A DNA stretch of 64,000 nucleotides from Candidatus Pacearchaeota archaeon (lineage in GTDB: Archaea; Nanobdellota; Nanobdellia; Pacearchaeales; GW2011-AR1). Each line of letters opens with the position of its first letter. Positions within the stretch are counted from its first letter, which is position 1. Positions 20,208 through 31,443 of the stretch are shown here, piece by piece. Location of the stretch: contig JAGVXI010000012.1 of NCBI GenBank assembly GCA_018303855.1, positions 2,403-66,402 on the forward strand. Reading direction: 5' to 3'. A model generated the notes under the pieces. The model was given only the letters and a program-made list of their open reading frames with translations, did no database searches and had not been told where the DNA came from. The translations under genes were made by a program, and so were the position numbers.

Positions 20208-21557
20208 ATGATAGAAATATGCACTATAGGCGGTTATGAAGAAGTAGGCAAAAATATGACTGCTGTGAAAATTGGCGAGGATGTTGTTATATTTGACTGC
20301 GGGACTTATCTGCCTGTTTTAATTGAACATAAAGAAGGGCTTGAAACTGGAGGAAAATACTCGCCCCAGCATTTAAGAAAAATAGGGGCACTTCCAAATG
20401 ACCTTGTTTTAGACAAGCTTGGCTGGACAAAAAAAGTTTGTGCAATTGTTATAGGGCACGCCCATTTAGATCATATCGGAGCTGTTCCTTATATTGCGCA
20501 AAGATATCCGCAAGCAGAAATTTTAGCTTCTCCTTTTACAATAGAAGTATTGGAGTCTATACTAAACGATGAGGGCATCAAATTAAGCAATAAAAGAAAA
20601 AAAATTCATGCTAATTCGATATATTTCATTAAAGGCAAATCAGGAAAAATAAAACTGGAATTTGTTCACACAACTCATTCCACTTTGCAGTGTGTTTTGC
20701 CTGTTTTACATACAAAAGAAGGAACTGTTTTTTATGCTCTTGATTTTAAATTTGACAATTACCCAACAATAGGCGCACCTCCAAATTATAAAAGACTAAA
20801 AGAGCTTGGGAAACAAGGAATAAAAGTTCTTGTTGTTGATTCTCTTTATTCTGGCGTTGACAGGAGAACAGCAAGTGAAAGAATTGCCAGAAATTTGATA
20901 GAAGATGCCTTATCTTTTGTAAGAGATAAAAATGCAGCACTTTTCGTAACAACTTTCTCAAGTCATATTGCTAGATTAAAAAGTATTGTTGAATTTGGAA
21001 AAAAAACCAACAGGCAGATAGTTTTCATAGGGAGAAGTTTAAACAAATATGTTGAAGCAGCAAAAAGAGTAAATTTGTGCCCTTTTTATAAAAGCATACG
21101 GCTTCTCAAATATAAAGATCAAGTCAACTCATTTTTGAAAAAAGTTGAAAAAAATCGCGGCGATTACCTTGTTGTTTGTACAGGGCATCAAGCAGAGCCT
21201 GGAAGTATTTTAGATAGAATAGTTGGAGATCAAACTCCGTTTAAGTTTATGCCAGGAGACCACTTAATTTTTTCATCAAGCATTATTCCTGCTACGCCGA
21301 ATATTAATGCCAGAGAAGCAATGGACAAAAAACTAAAAAAGAAAGGTGTAAGAATACAGACAGATATTCATGTCTCAGGGCATGCTGGCAGAGAAGATTT
21401 AAGGGATTTGCTTAGCATGCTAAAACCTCAGCATATTATTCCAGCGCACGGTTCTCTAAAACAAGAAACTCCTATGATTGAACTAGCATCTGAAATGGGC
21501 TATAAACCTCATGAAAATTCACATCTATCCCATGATGGTAAAGTGTTGAGGTTTTGA
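20208..21557 (+). CDS. rnj: archaeal ribonuclease J (metallo-beta-lactamase/beta-CASP)
   Basis: GHAHLDHIG motif II, beta-CASP motifs, ~450 aa, no KH domains. Confidence 0.85.
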   Translation: MIEICTIGGYEEVGKNMTAVKIGEDVVIFDCGTYLPVLIEHKEGLETGGKYSPQHLRKIGALPNDLVLDKLGWTKKVCAIVIGHAHLDHIGAVPYIAQRYPQAEILASPFTIEVLESILNDEGIKLSNKRKKIHANSIYFIKGKSGKIKLEFVHTTHSTLQCVLPVLHTKEGTVFYALDFKFDNYPTIGAPPNYKRLKELGKQGIKVLVVDSLYSGVDRRTASERIARNLIEDALSFVRDKNAALFVTTFSSHIARLKSIVEFGKKTNRQIVFIGRSLNKYVEAAKRVNLCPFYKSIRLLKYKDQVNSFLKKVEKNRGDYLVVCTGHQAEPGSILDRIVGDQTPFKFMPGDHLIFSSSIIPATPNINAREAMDKKLKKKGVRIQTDIHVSGHAGREDLRDLLSMLKPQHIIPAHGSLKQETPMIELASEMGYKPHENSHLSHDGKVLRF

Positions 21558-21760
21558 AAATTAAGGACTAATTTTGTGGAGTAATTATTTGGGAAATTAA
21601 GCAGATTATATTTATTAAACATTAACAGCTTTGTAGTTATTGCTAATAATTATTAATCACCGCTTTTTTAGTATTAAATCATTTAAACAAAAAACCCCAT
21701 AATTTTTAAATACCATTATTCTAGCTATATTATTGTAACGTCTTATTAAAAGAGGATAAA

Positions 21761-22324
21761 ATGGTAAGAAGAGATCTTGTCGAGGGAATGTATTACGCTC
21801 TTGCTAAAGGGGAATCATTAAGAAAGGCAATGGAAAGCTTTTATAATGCAGGTTATTCAAAATCGGAAATTGAAGAAGCTGCAAAATATTTGCAGAGATT
21901 TTCCCAGCAGCAACGAACTTCACAGCAGTTTACTCAATTTCCTTCTCAGCAATTTCAAACTCCTATGCAATCTTCAATCCAACCAGCGAAAAAACCTCAG
22001 TTTCAACCAGTATATACTCAACAGGCATCACAGCAACAACTTCAAACACAACTTAAGCCACAGCAACCAAAACCCCAACCTTTATTGCATGAGCAGGTTC
22101 AGCCAGTAACACAGTTAGCTAGCCAGTTTCCACAACAAATGCAACCTCAATTTCAACAGCCACTTCAAAGGGTTTCAGCTTATGGCGAACAACCTGTGCA
22201 AAAGAAAAGTATGGGGCTTATAATCTTTTTAGTTATTCTTCTTTTAATTCTTATTGGAGGATTAATAACCTTAGTACTATTCAGAACAGAGATAATTGAT
22301 TTTTTTAGCAAGACTTTTGGTTAA
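21761..22324 (+). CDS. tail-anchored membrane protein with Q/P-rich low-complexity linker
   Basis: ~45-aa N-terminal domain, ~100 aa Q/P/F-rich, C-terminal TM LIIFLVILLLILIGGLITLVLF. Confidence 0.5.
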   Translation: MVRRDLVEGMYYALAKGESLRKAMESFYNAGYSKSEIEEAAKYLQRFSQQQRTSQQFTQFPSQQFQTPMQSSIQPAKKPQFQPVYTQQASQQQLQTQLKPQQPKPQPLLHEQVQPVTQLASQFPQQMQPQFQQPLQRVSAYGEQPVQKKSMGLIIFLVILLLILIGGLITLVLFRTEIIDFFSKTFG

Positions 22325-22513
22325 GGTTTGTGTAAGATTATTAAGTTTTAATTTACAACTAATTTATGAGGATTAGTAATTTAGGCTAATAAAGGGGCTA
22401 TCCATCTTTTATATCCTGCCTTAGGTTAAGTTTAAATGTATAATATTATGCATTACCATTATTTTTATATATCCCTGCTTTTATTCTAATCTTAGAAGAA
22501 AGATTAAACAAAA

Positions 22514-23674
22514 ATGGTGAAATTCGCGCATATGGCTGACGTGCATCTTGGCTCCTGGAAACAACAACCAATGCAAGACTTAAACTTGCAAAGTTTTCAA
22601 CAAGCAATAGATACATGTATCAAAGAAAAAGTTGAGTTTGTTTTAATTGCCGGAGATTTATTTGATTCAGCTTATCCCCCAATTGATGTTCTTAAAGAAA
22701 CTTTTGCACAGTTTAAAGAACTAAAAGAAGCGAAAGTTCCATGCTTTATAATTGCAGGAAGCCATGATTATTCTGTTTCAGGAAAAACTTTTTTAGATGT
22801 GTTGGAAAAAGCAGGTTTTTGCAAAAATGTAGAGGATTATGAAGAGAAGCAAGATAAGCTAATTTTAAACCCCACTATTTATGCGGGCACAGCAATTTAT
22901 GGTTATCCAGGAAAAAAATCAGGTTTAGAAGTTGAGGATTTAAGAAGAATAAAACTTCAAGAGGCTCCAGGAATGTTCAGAATTTTTATGCTGCACACTA
23001 CAATAGACAAAGTTAAAGGAACTTTGCCTGTAGATGCAATAGAAACAGAGCTTTTGCCCCAAGCAGATTATTATGCCCTTGGACACATCCATTTGGATTT
23101 CCAGTATGAAAAATTTATTTATCCGGGCCCGGTTTTCCCAAATAATTTTCAAGAGCTTGAAGATTTGGAGCAGGGAAGTTTTTACATTGTAGACACAGAG
23201 CTTAATCAGCCTCTTAAAAAAATAAGCCTTAAAACAAAAGATATGGTTTCAATTAATATAAAAGTAACCAATGCTTCAACAGCTACTGACCAAATAATTT
23301 CAGAAATAAAAAAACACGAAATTTCAGATAGCGTTGTTTTGTTAAGAATAAGCGGACTTCTGGAAGACGGTAAGCATTCTGATATAAAATTTTTGCAGAT
23401 TGAAGAGTTTGTTAAGCAAAAAGGAGCATATTTTTTGTTAAAAAATACTCATGAGCTTAAAACAAAAGAGCTTGAGTTGGAAATTGAGATGCAAAATGCT
23501 GAGAATATAGAAGAAGAGACTATAAGTATTTATTCAAAGGAAAACCCCTCTAAACTCAACAAATTAATTCAGCCGTTAATAAATTCCTTGGGCATGGAAA
23601 AGCAGGAAGATGAAAAAAACGTCATTTTTGAAAATCGGGTTTTTGATAGCGCGAAGAAAATTTTGGAGTTATAA
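22514..23674 (+). CDS. mre11: DNA double-strand break repair nuclease Mre11
   Basis: MVKFAHMADVHLG phosphoesterase motif I, GDLFD, GSHD, GHIH motifs. Confidence 0.85.
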   Translation: MVKFAHMADVHLGSWKQQPMQDLNLQSFQQAIDTCIKEKVEFVLIAGDLFDSAYPPIDVLKETFAQFKELKEAKVPCFIIAGSHDYSVSGKTFLDVLEKAGFCKNVEDYEEKQDKLILNPTIYAGTAIYGYPGKKSGLEVEDLRRIKLQEAPGMFRIFMLHTTIDKVKGTLPVDAIETELLPQADYYALGHIHLDFQYEKFIYPGPVFPNNFQELEDLEQGSFYIVDTELNQPLKKISLKTKDMVSINIKVTNASTATDQIISEIKKHEISDSVVLLRISGLLEDGKHSDIKFLQIEEFVKQKGAYFLLKNTHELKTKELELEIEMQNAENIEEETISIYSKENPSKLNKLIQPLINSLGMEKQEDEKNVIFENRVFDSAKKILEL

Positions 23675-23683
23675 TCAGTTAAA

Positions 23684-25738
23684 ATGCTGTTAAAAAAAAT
23701 ATATCTAAAAAACATAAGGAGCTATAAAGAGCAGGAAATATTCCTTACAAGTGGCTCTACTCTTTTATCAGGGGATATCGGCTCTGGAAAAACCTCTGTT
23801 CTTTTGGCAGTGGAATTTGCTTTATTTGGCTTGCAGCCAGGCCAAAAAGGTGCTTCATTGCTCAGAAATGGTGCAACAGAAGGTTGCGTTAAAATAGAAC
23901 TTGAGGTGAGCGGGCATGAAGTAATAATCGAACGTACACTTAAAAAAGGAAAAACCATAAACCAGGATTATTCAGCCATAATTATCAATGGAACCAAACG
24001 CGAAATTTCAGTAACAGAGCTAAAGAGTATTGTTCTTGGATTGTTAAACTACCCAAAAGAATTCTCTAAAAAACAAAATCTTCTTTATAAATTCACAGTT
24101 TACACTCCTCAGGAAGAAATGAAGCAGATAGTTCTGCAAGACCCAGAAACAAGGATTAACACTTTGCGCCATATTTTCGGCATTGATAAATACAAAAGAA
24201 TTATTGAAAATGTTACTATTGTTGCTTCCAAAATAAGAGAAGAACAAAGGAGGAACGAGGGGCTTGTTGCTAATTTAGAGCAGGATAAATCAAATCTTAT
24301 AACAAAAGAAGAAGAGCTTGAAACAAAATTTTTTAATCTTGCCTCAATAGAAAAAGAACTTTTTTTAAAAATAGAGCATAGAGAAAAAATGCAGGAAGAT
24401 GCAGAATTAATTGAAGAGAAGCTGCAGGAAAAAAGGAAGCTGGAAGGGGAGGTCGAAAAAACCAAGATAATGATTTCCAATAAAAAAGAAACCTTGTCGT
24501 CTAATAAAAAAACAATTGAAACATTAAGAAAGCAGATTGAGGAATTAACTAAGCTAAGGTTTGATGAAAGCAAATTGGCGCAAATAAAGCAGGATATGGA
24601 CAGCAAAAAAGAATTAAAAAAGAGTTTAAATGATGAAAATCTAAAAATTAGCTCGCAAATTTCTTCTTTAAATCTTAAAAATGACGAGAATAAAAATATA
24701 AAAAGTCAGATTATGCATCTTGAAATATGCCCCACATGCTTGCAGGATGTTGACCCAAACTACAAGGCAAATGTTGTTAATCAGCTGGATTCAGCAATAG
24801 TGCAGAATATTAAGCAAATTAAAGACTTAGAGCTGGAAAAAAAAGAGGTTATAGAAAAACTGCTCAGATTAGATTATGAATTATCTCTAAATGAAAAAGA
24901 ATTGCGCGATTTGGAAATATCAAAAATTAAGCTGCAGCAAGTTGATGAAAAACAAAAAGATCTTTCGGAAATAGAAAAAACCGTTAGCTTTTTGGAAAAA
25001 GATATTGTGTTATTAGAAAAACACATTAATATGCTTAAAGAGTCTGTTCTTAATCTAAGCAAGTTTAGTAATCTTTATGAAGAAAAGAAAAAAGAGCTTG
25101 AACTTGCACTGCATGAAGAAAAAATGGCTGAGATAAAAGTTGCTGAATTAAAAAGAGAAATTGAATTTTTCTCAAGGCAGATAGATGAACTAAAAATAAA
25201 AATAGAAAAAACAGAGAGCATCAAGGTGCATCTAGCTTATCTTGTAGAATTAGAAAATTGGCTTTCTAAGAACTTTGTTTCGCTTATTTCTTTTATTGAG
25301 AAAAATGTTATGACGAGGCTTAAAGTTGATTTTTCACAACTCTTTGCAAAGTGGTTTTTAATGCTTGTTTCTGATTCTTTAAATGTTGAACTGGATAATG
25401 ATTTTACTCCCATAATAATGCAGCAGGATTATGAGCTTGATTATGCCTATCTTAGCGGCGGCGAAAGAACAGCAGTAGCTTTAGCATACAGGCTTGCCCT
25501 TAATCAGGTTATTAACTCATTCCTTAGCAAAATAAATACAAAAGATTTGGTAATTTTAGACGAGCCAACAGACGGATTTAGTGAACAGCAACTCGACAAG
25601 ATGAGGGAGGTGCTTGAACAGTTAAATGTCAGCCAGCTTGTTCTTGTCAGCCACGAGCAAAAAATAGAGGGGTTTGTTGAGCATATTATTCGTTTCAAGA
25701 AAGAGCAGGGAGAGACAAAGGTTTTGGTTGTGGGGTGA
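23684..25738 (+). CDS. rad50: DNA double-strand break repair ATPase Rad50 (compact, 684 aa)
   Basis: Walker A SGDIGSGKTS, coiled coil with zinc hook CPTC, ABC signature LSGGERTAVALAYRLAL, Walker B LVILDEPTDG. Confidence 0.9.
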   Translation: MLLKKIYLKNIRSYKEQEIFLTSGSTLLSGDIGSGKTSVLLAVEFALFGLQPGQKGASLLRNGATEGCVKIELEVSGHEVIIERTLKKGKTINQDYSAIIINGTKREISVTELKSIVLGLLNYPKEFSKKQNLLYKFTVYTPQEEMKQIVLQDPETRINTLRHIFGIDKYKRIIENVTIVASKIREEQRRNEGLVANLEQDKSNLITKEEELETKFFNLASIEKELFLKIEHREKMQEDAELIEEKLQEKRKLEGEVEKTKIMISNKKETLSSNKKTIETLRKQIEELTKLRFDESKLAQIKQDMDSKKELKKSLNDENLKISSQISSLNLKNDENKNIKSQIMHLEICPTCLQDVDPNYKANVVNQLDSAIVQNIKQIKDLELEKKEVIEKLLRLDYELSLNEKELRDLEISKIKLQQVDEKQKDLSEIEKTVSFLEKDIVLLEKHINMLKESVLNLSKFSNLYEEKKKELELALHEEKMAEIKVAELKREIEFFSRQIDELKIKIEKTESIKVHLAYLVELENWLSKNFVSLISFIEKNVMTRLKVDFSQLFAKWFLMLVSDSLNVELDNDFTPIIMQQDYELDYAYLSGGERTAVALAYRLALNQVINSFLSKINTKDLVILDEPTDGFSEQQLDKMREVLEQLNVSQLVLVSHEQKIEGFVEHIIRFKKEQGETKVLVVG

Positions 25739-25823
25739 TATCTTTTTTACAAAATCATTTATATATTAATTATATAATGGTGACAATACAAATATTTAAA
25801 TAGTTTGAAATAAGGTTTGAACT

Positions 25824-26183
25824 ATGGGAAAAAATGGTTCATCTTCTACTAGCAATTCACTTGCATTTGCTGGAGTGGGTTTTGGATTAGCTGCTTTAAT
25901 TGGTTTTTTTACACTTGGGCCAATAGATTCGACTAGAATAGCATACAATTCTGTTGTGGGCGATATTCCTTTAGTAAGAGCAAGAGCAGTAGAATATTGC
26001 AGAAGAAATATTCAAAGAGAAAATCCTTTTTTTGATACAGAACAAGTTGAAACAATTTTAGCTAGAGATCTAAAATATGATTTGCATAAAGGGGAGAAAA
26101 TTAATCCTCAAGCAGTTAGGATGATGGAGTTATTGGATGCAACTGAAGATCATGCTTCTAGTTTTTACGCTAGGTGGGTTTGA
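25824..26183 (+). CDS. hypothetical protein with N-terminal TM helix
   Basis: ORF only. Confidence 0.4.
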   Translation: MGKNGSSSTSNSLAFAGVGFGLAALIGFFTLGPIDSTRIAYNSVVGDIPLVRARAVEYCRRNIQRENPFFDTEQVETILARDLKYDLHKGEKINPQAVRMMELLDATEDHASSFYARWV

Positions 26184-26323
26184 CCAACTTTGCCTGAATA
26201 ATTATTTTCCAAAAATCAACTAATCATCCGAAACATTTAAAAATGCTTCATGCTCTTAAGATTTATAGATTCTAAATAAAGTTATGTGTGTTTTAATTAA
26301 TAAACAATAGAAATAAAGATAAA

Positions 26324-27001
26324 ATGGACGATGATTTTAAATCTGAATTAAAAAATTCAATTTTGAAAACAGGAACAACTATCCTTGGAATTGTCTGCAA
26401 AGACGGAGTTGTAATGGCTGCAGACAGGCAAGTTACTGCAGGAAATTTTGTAATGAGTAAAACTTTTAAAAAAGTTAATCAAATAAACGATTACCTAGTT
26501 GTATCCTGGACAGGCGGTGTTGCAGATGCCCAAAGACTTTCAAAACTGATTGCAGCAGAATTAAGATTAAAAGAATTGCGCTCAAAATCTCGTCCGAGTG
26601 TCAAGCAATCTGCAAATTTAGTTGCTTCACTTACTTATTCTCAAATAAGGCAGCCTTCAATGCTTCCAAATATTGTTGGAACACTTATTGGGGGATTTAA
26701 TGAAGATGGCTCTGCTGAATTATACACAATAGAACCTGCTGGCTCTATAATTAGAGTAGAAGATTATGACGCTAATTTTGGAAGTGGAATGCCTTATGTT
26801 TTAGGTTTGCTTGAAAGGCAATACAAACCAGGTTTAAGTGTGAAAGAAGGTGTTGAATTAGCTCAAGAAGCATTAAAAGCTTCAACACAAAGAGATGTTG
26901 GAAGCGGTTATGGAATTGATGTTTTTACAATTACCAAAGAAGGAATTAAAAAAGTTGTTGAGCAGGAAATTCAGCCAACATATAAGGATAAGGAAAAATA
27001 G
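26324..27001 (+). CDS. psmB: proteasome subunit beta
   Basis: Propeptide then LKTGTTILGI (G|TT processing site, Thr1 nucleophile). Confidence 0.85.
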   Translation: MDDDFKSELKNSILKTGTTILGIVCKDGVVMAADRQVTAGNFVMSKTFKKVNQINDYLVVSWTGGVADAQRLSKLIAAELRLKELRSKSRPSVKQSANLVASLTYSQIRQPSMLPNIVGTLIGGFNEDGSAELYTIEPAGSIIRVEDYDANFGSGMPYVLGLLERQYKPGLSVKEGVELAQEALKASTQRDVGSGYGIDVFTITKEGIKKVVEQEIQPTYKDKEK

Positions 27002-27346
27002 GGATAAGTTTAATAGTAAAAATTCAAGAGGTTCGGGGTTAATTTAAGGTTATAAAATGCAACTTAATATAATGCTAAACAAATTATGGAAGACAGGAGT
27101 TAGTAAAAATTAATTATTATTTTTTAATTTAAGCATTATTAAATCAGAGGTGATTTTGTTTTAGTTTGTTAGGTTAATTAAAATTGATTGATAAAATGAA
27201 TTTGTTAGGTATTAAGTTAATGTGGGAAAGTCCTATTAAATTATTGTAAAAAATTGTATAATAAATGATAAACTATGTACGTGGGTTAACAATGGTTTGT
27301 AAATTAATGTTTTACGATTAAAATTAATAAACAATAATAATAAAAA

Positions 27347-29233
27347 ATGGATATATTAAAAAGTATAACAAGCGAACTGCCTCCTGGAATGGTTACTGAA
27401 GCAAATTTTGAAGGCGCAAACATAGTTCTTTATACTAACAATGAGAAATTTCTTAAGGAAGGCGAGTTTAAAATTAAAGAAGCTGTAAACAAATTCAAAA
27501 AAAGAATTGAGCTTAGAGCTGACCAGAAAATCCTGCCAGAGCAGGAAAAAGTTGAAAAATCTATCCATGCAATCGTGCCACAAGATGCAGAAATTACAGG
27601 GATAATTTTTGATTTTCACAGAAGTATTGTGATAATTGAAGCAAAAAAACCAGGGTTGGTTATCGGCAAGCAAGGTTCTATTTTAGATGAAATAAAATCC
27701 CAAAATCTCTGGACTCCTCAAATCCAAAGAAGCCCTGCAATAAAAAGCAAAATTACAGAAAACATAAGGGAAGTTTTATATGCTAATAATAATTACAGAA
27801 GGCGTTTTCTAAATGATGTTGGCAAAAAAATTTACAGAGATTGGAATCCAGGAAAAGTTGAAGAGTGGGTGCGAATAAGCTTTTTGGGCAGTGCCCGTCA
27901 GGTTGGCAGAAGTTGCCTGCTTTTGCAGACCCCTGTTTCAAATGTTTTGCTTGATTGCGGAATAAACGTTGCAGCTCAAAACTCAGAAAAATTCCCTTAT
28001 TTTGATATTCCAGAATTTGATTTAAATAAATTAGATGCAATTATTTTAAGCCACGCTCACTTGGACCACATGGGGGTTATTCCATATCTTTTTAAAATGG
28101 GGTACAAAGGCCCGGTTTATATGACTCCTCCAACAAGGGACATAACTGCTTTAGTGAGCTTGGATTTTATTGGTGTAGCTTACAAGCAGGCTAATCAACC
28201 ACTATTTTCAAGTATAGATATTAAGGAAATGGTAAAACATTCTATTTGTTTAAATTACAACGAGGTTACAGATGTTACTCCTGATATAAGGCTTACATTT
28301 TATAATGCAGGGCATGCCTTGGGTTCTGCAATGATTCACTTAAATATTGGCAATGGGCTTCATAACCTGCTTTACTGCGCTGATTTTAAATACGGAAAAT
28401 CTCGTTTATTAGATCCTGCAATTAAAACTTTCCCAAGGTTAGAGACAGTAATTTCAGAGTCAACTTATGGGGCAAAAACAGATGTTCTGCCTCCTCGTAT
28501 TGATTCAGAAAACAAATTAATAGAAGCAGTTAATAATACAATTGAAAGAAAAGGAAAGATTTTAATTCCTGAACTTGGGCTTGGCAGAGCGCAAGAAACA
28601 ATGCTGATTATTGAGGATGCAATTAAATCAGGAAAAATGAAAAAAGTTCCTGTTTATATTGACGGAATAATGTGGGATATTAATGCTATTCATACAGCTT
28701 ATCCTGATTTTTTAAGCGCCCAAGTCCGCTCTTCAATTTTCCAAGATGATAATCCGTTTACTTCAAGCATCTTCCAGAGAGTTGGTTCTCCACAAGAAAG
28801 AAAAGCAGTTATTGAAGGAGGTCCTTGCGTGGTTCTCGCAACATCAGGAATGCTTGTTGGTGGTGCAAGTGTGGAGTATCTTAGAGAATTTGCAAGCAAC
28901 AAAAAAAACTCCTTGATTTTTGTTTGTTACCAAGGAATTGGAAGTTTAGGAAGGCAGATTCAAGAAGGGCTTAAAGAAACAAGAATGATGTCTGAGGGAA
29001 AAGAAGAACTGGTTCAAGTTAACATGGAAGTTCATACAATTACCGGTTTAACAGCGCATTCTGGGAGAAATGAACTCTTGGCTTTTTTTAATCATATACG
29101 GCCAAAGCCAAAAAGAATTATAATCAATCACGGTGAAATATCAAAAACACTTGATTTAGCAAGTGCATTATACAAGCTGAACAGAGTAGAAACTTCTGTG
29201 CCAAGAAATCTTGAAAGTGTGAGATTAAAGTAA
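27347..29233 (+). CDS. archaeal CPSF1-type beta-CASP ribonuclease (aCPSF1/FttA-like, 2 KH + MBL + beta-CASP)
   Basis: ~630 aa, N-terminal KH region, LSHAHLDHMG, beta-CASP motifs; downstream of psmB as in many archaea. Confidence 0.85.
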   Translation: MDILKSITSELPPGMVTEANFEGANIVLYTNNEKFLKEGEFKIKEAVNKFKKRIELRADQKILPEQEKVEKSIHAIVPQDAEITGIIFDFHRSIVIIEAKKPGLVIGKQGSILDEIKSQNLWTPQIQRSPAIKSKITENIREVLYANNNYRRRFLNDVGKKIYRDWNPGKVEEWVRISFLGSARQVGRSCLLLQTPVSNVLLDCGINVAAQNSEKFPYFDIPEFDLNKLDAIILSHAHLDHMGVIPYLFKMGYKGPVYMTPPTRDITALVSLDFIGVAYKQANQPLFSSIDIKEMVKHSICLNYNEVTDVTPDIRLTFYNAGHALGSAMIHLNIGNGLHNLLYCADFKYGKSRLLDPAIKTFPRLETVISESTYGAKTDVLPPRIDSENKLIEAVNNTIERKGKILIPELGLGRAQETMLIIEDAIKSGKMKKVPVYIDGIMWDINAIHTAYPDFLSAQVRSSIFQDDNPFTSSIFQRVGSPQERKAVIEGGPCVVLATSGMLVGGASVEYLREFASNKKNSLIFVCYQGIGSLGRQIQEGLKETRMMSEGKEELVQVNMEVHTITGLTAHSGRNELLAFFNHIRPKPKRIIINHGEISKTLDLASALYKLNRVETSVPRNLESVRLK

Positions 29234-29510
29234 TTTTTATATAGCTTTGTGGCAGGTAAGGCATTACTAACTAATAAACAAGGTAGATGAGTATAGATTA
29301 ATAAATTTTGATTGTCATTTTGCATATAATTTATAAATCAAATTTTCTTTGATAATTAATATGATACAATTAAAAATGGGTGAAGTTTATAAGTTTTAAG
29401 ACAGTTAGATAACATTTACAACTCGTTTAGCTCTATAGGATGTAAAATTAAGTTAATATGCAGTTTTAAGTTATAAAATTGTAAAATAAATCACTCTTAT
29501 ACAAACAAAA

Positions 29511-30458
29511 ATGAAGCACAATATTAAAGTAACATTAATTTTGCTTGCGATGTTTATGATTACCCAGCTAATTGGAATTTATGTTGTTAATTATTATTCA
29601 CCTGTAAAAATAATTGATGGGCAGGTTACTAAAGTGTCTGCGCCAGGTATACCTTATGGAATGCAGCCTCCAGAAATAAAAGAGCCTACAGAATACTTTC
29701 AGATGATGGTTTCTATCTTTGTGGCATTTGCTATTGCGATTGCTCTCATTTTTTTTCTAATGAAATTTGGGGTAGAATTTATTCTGAAATTATGGTTCTT
29801 TGTTGTGATAGTTATAGCATTAGGGATTGCATTTAATTCATTTATTCCGCAGTTTAAATTTGCGTCAGCTATTGTATCTCTTATTGCCTTGCCTCTGGCT
29901 TATATAAAAATCTATAAGCCGAATTTTTATGTTCACAATCTGACTGAACTGGTTATTTATCCAGGGATTGCAGCTGTTTTTGTGCCACTATTAAATATAT
30001 GGACAATAATTGCTTTATTGTTTGTAATCTCAATTTATGATATGTGGGCTGTCTGGCATTCAGGCATAATGCAAAAAATGGCAAAATACCAGATAAATAA
30101 GCTAAACATTTTCTCAGGGTTCTTTGTTCCATATATTGGAAAAAGAATAAGGGCAAAACTCAAAAAACTTTCAAAAGCAAAATTAAAAAAGGCTAAGATT
30201 AAAGTAAATGTGGCTATTCTTGGCGGCGGAGATGTTATCTTTCCTATAATTGCTGCAGGTGTAATGTTAAAAACAATTGGGTATATTAGTGTTGGCTCAA
30301 TTATTTTGCCAATTGCATCATTTTTTATTATTTTAGGAGCAGGTTTAGGGCTTGGTTATTTGTTTTTTGCAGCAGAAAAAAAGAAATTCTATCCCGCAAT
30401 GCCTTTTATTACAGCAGGAATATTATTAGGCATGCTTGTTTATTGGCTAGTTTTTTGA
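29511..30458 (+). CDS. presenilin / signal-peptide-peptidase family (A22) intramembrane aspartyl protease homolog
   Basis: ~9 TM; YD motif (ISIYDMWAV), GxGD motif (AILGGGDVIFP), PAL-like PAMPFIT. Confidence 0.7.
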   Translation: MKHNIKVTLILLAMFMITQLIGIYVVNYYSPVKIIDGQVTKVSAPGIPYGMQPPEIKEPTEYFQMMVSIFVAFAIAIALIFFLMKFGVEFILKLWFFVVIVIALGIAFNSFIPQFKFASAIVSLIALPLAYIKIYKPNFYVHNLTELVIYPGIAAVFVPLLNIWTIIALLFVISIYDMWAVWHSGIMQKMAKYQINKLNIFSGFFVPYIGKRIRAKLKKLSKAKLKKAKIKVNVAILGGGDVIFPIIAAGVMLKTIGYISVGSIILPIASFFIILGAGLGLGYLFFAAEKKKFYPAMPFITAGILLGMLVYWLVF

Positions 30459-30663
30459 TTATTATAGGCAATAAGATTGTTATGCTATAGAAAGTAATAT
30501 TGATATTGCTTTGCTGAAACCCTGTTAAAAATGTAAAAGTTATAATCATTAACAACTAATAAATTTGCTAAGGGTTTGTAAGTTAAAAGTGATTAAAAGA
30601 TGATTATTTATCATTAAAATTTATCATCACACTTAATATGGCTACTTAAATAATCTAAATTAA

Positions 30664-30936
30664 TTAGTATCTAACAGGAATTATTGTTTTTGGTTCTAAC
30701 ATTGCAATGTCTTTTATACTAATTCTTATAGGAGGGGTATTTGGCCTATCATCTTTTTGTAATAGCATTTCTCCATTAACAATTTGTTCAACACGTCCTT
30801 TTGCAACTCCCATGCCTCTAACCCCTACAGTCACTATCCTACCAATATACTGGGTGTATTGGTTTATGCCTGGGTTATCATCTAATTCTTGGGGCACATA
30901 GCCAATGCTCATTCTTTTTGCCATGTTTATTATCAA
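30664..30936 (-). CDS. hypothetical small protein (possible PRC-barrel-like)
   Basis: 90 aa, Gly/Val-rich beta-like core (RIVTVGVRGMGVAKGRV). Confidence 0.35.
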   Translation of the reverse strand: MIINMAKRMSIGYVPQELDDNPGINQYTQYIGRIVTVGVRGMGVAKGRVEQIVNGEMLLQKDDRPNTPPIRISIKDIAMLEPKTIIPVRY

Positions 30937-31055
30937 CTTACACGCTTTATAAATATTTGCATATTGTTCTTACTTCTAAAAGGTAACAAGATAGTAAGGT
31001 TTATAAAGCCTGTATTATTGCTATTTTTAAGTAATTAAAATATACTAAAAATAAA

Positions 31056-31442
31056 ATGACAAGAAATAGAGAAAGATATTTTATATCAGAACATGATGCA
31101 AGCTCTGCTGAAGCAGATTCATCTTTACTAGATAGGATTGGCAATAAAATTATGGAAATTCCAGGCATAAAAAAAGTTATAATCGACACAACAAATTTCA
31201 TAGTAAATGGTCAAGTTAAAAAAAGAATAAATTTCGGAGTTTTAGGTTGTCTTGAACGGCCAGAACTTTATAGTGTTTATGATGTTATAGCAGAAAATCT
31301 TGGTTATTGTTCTATTAAACATATAGAACCTAAAATTCCTGCTGAATTAGATGGAGAAAGAAGAGTTTATGTTCAGGAATTAAGACAAGCTTATAACCCC
31401 TTAAAAAATTCTGAAACTGGATTAGGCGCGATATTACAATAA
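31056..31442 (+). CDS. hypothetical protein
   Basis: 128-aa ORF, soluble-protein composition. Confidence 0.4.
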   Translation: MTRNRERYFISEHDASSAEADSSLLDRIGNKIMEIPGIKKVIIDTTNFIVNGQVKKRINFGVLGCLERPELYSVYDVIAENLGYCSIKHIEPKIPAELDGERRVYVQELRQAYNPLKNSETGLGAILQ

Positions 31443-31443
31443 A

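Noticed and set aside
23722-25698. Minus-strand ORFs inside rad50 (23722-23958, 24044-24606, 24874-25062, 25504-25698); likewise 27356-28040, 28699-28902, 29128-29325, 36165-36772, 37765-38114, 38525-38806.
   Set aside because: Antisense to long, well-supported genes; S/F/L-rich shadow ORFs.
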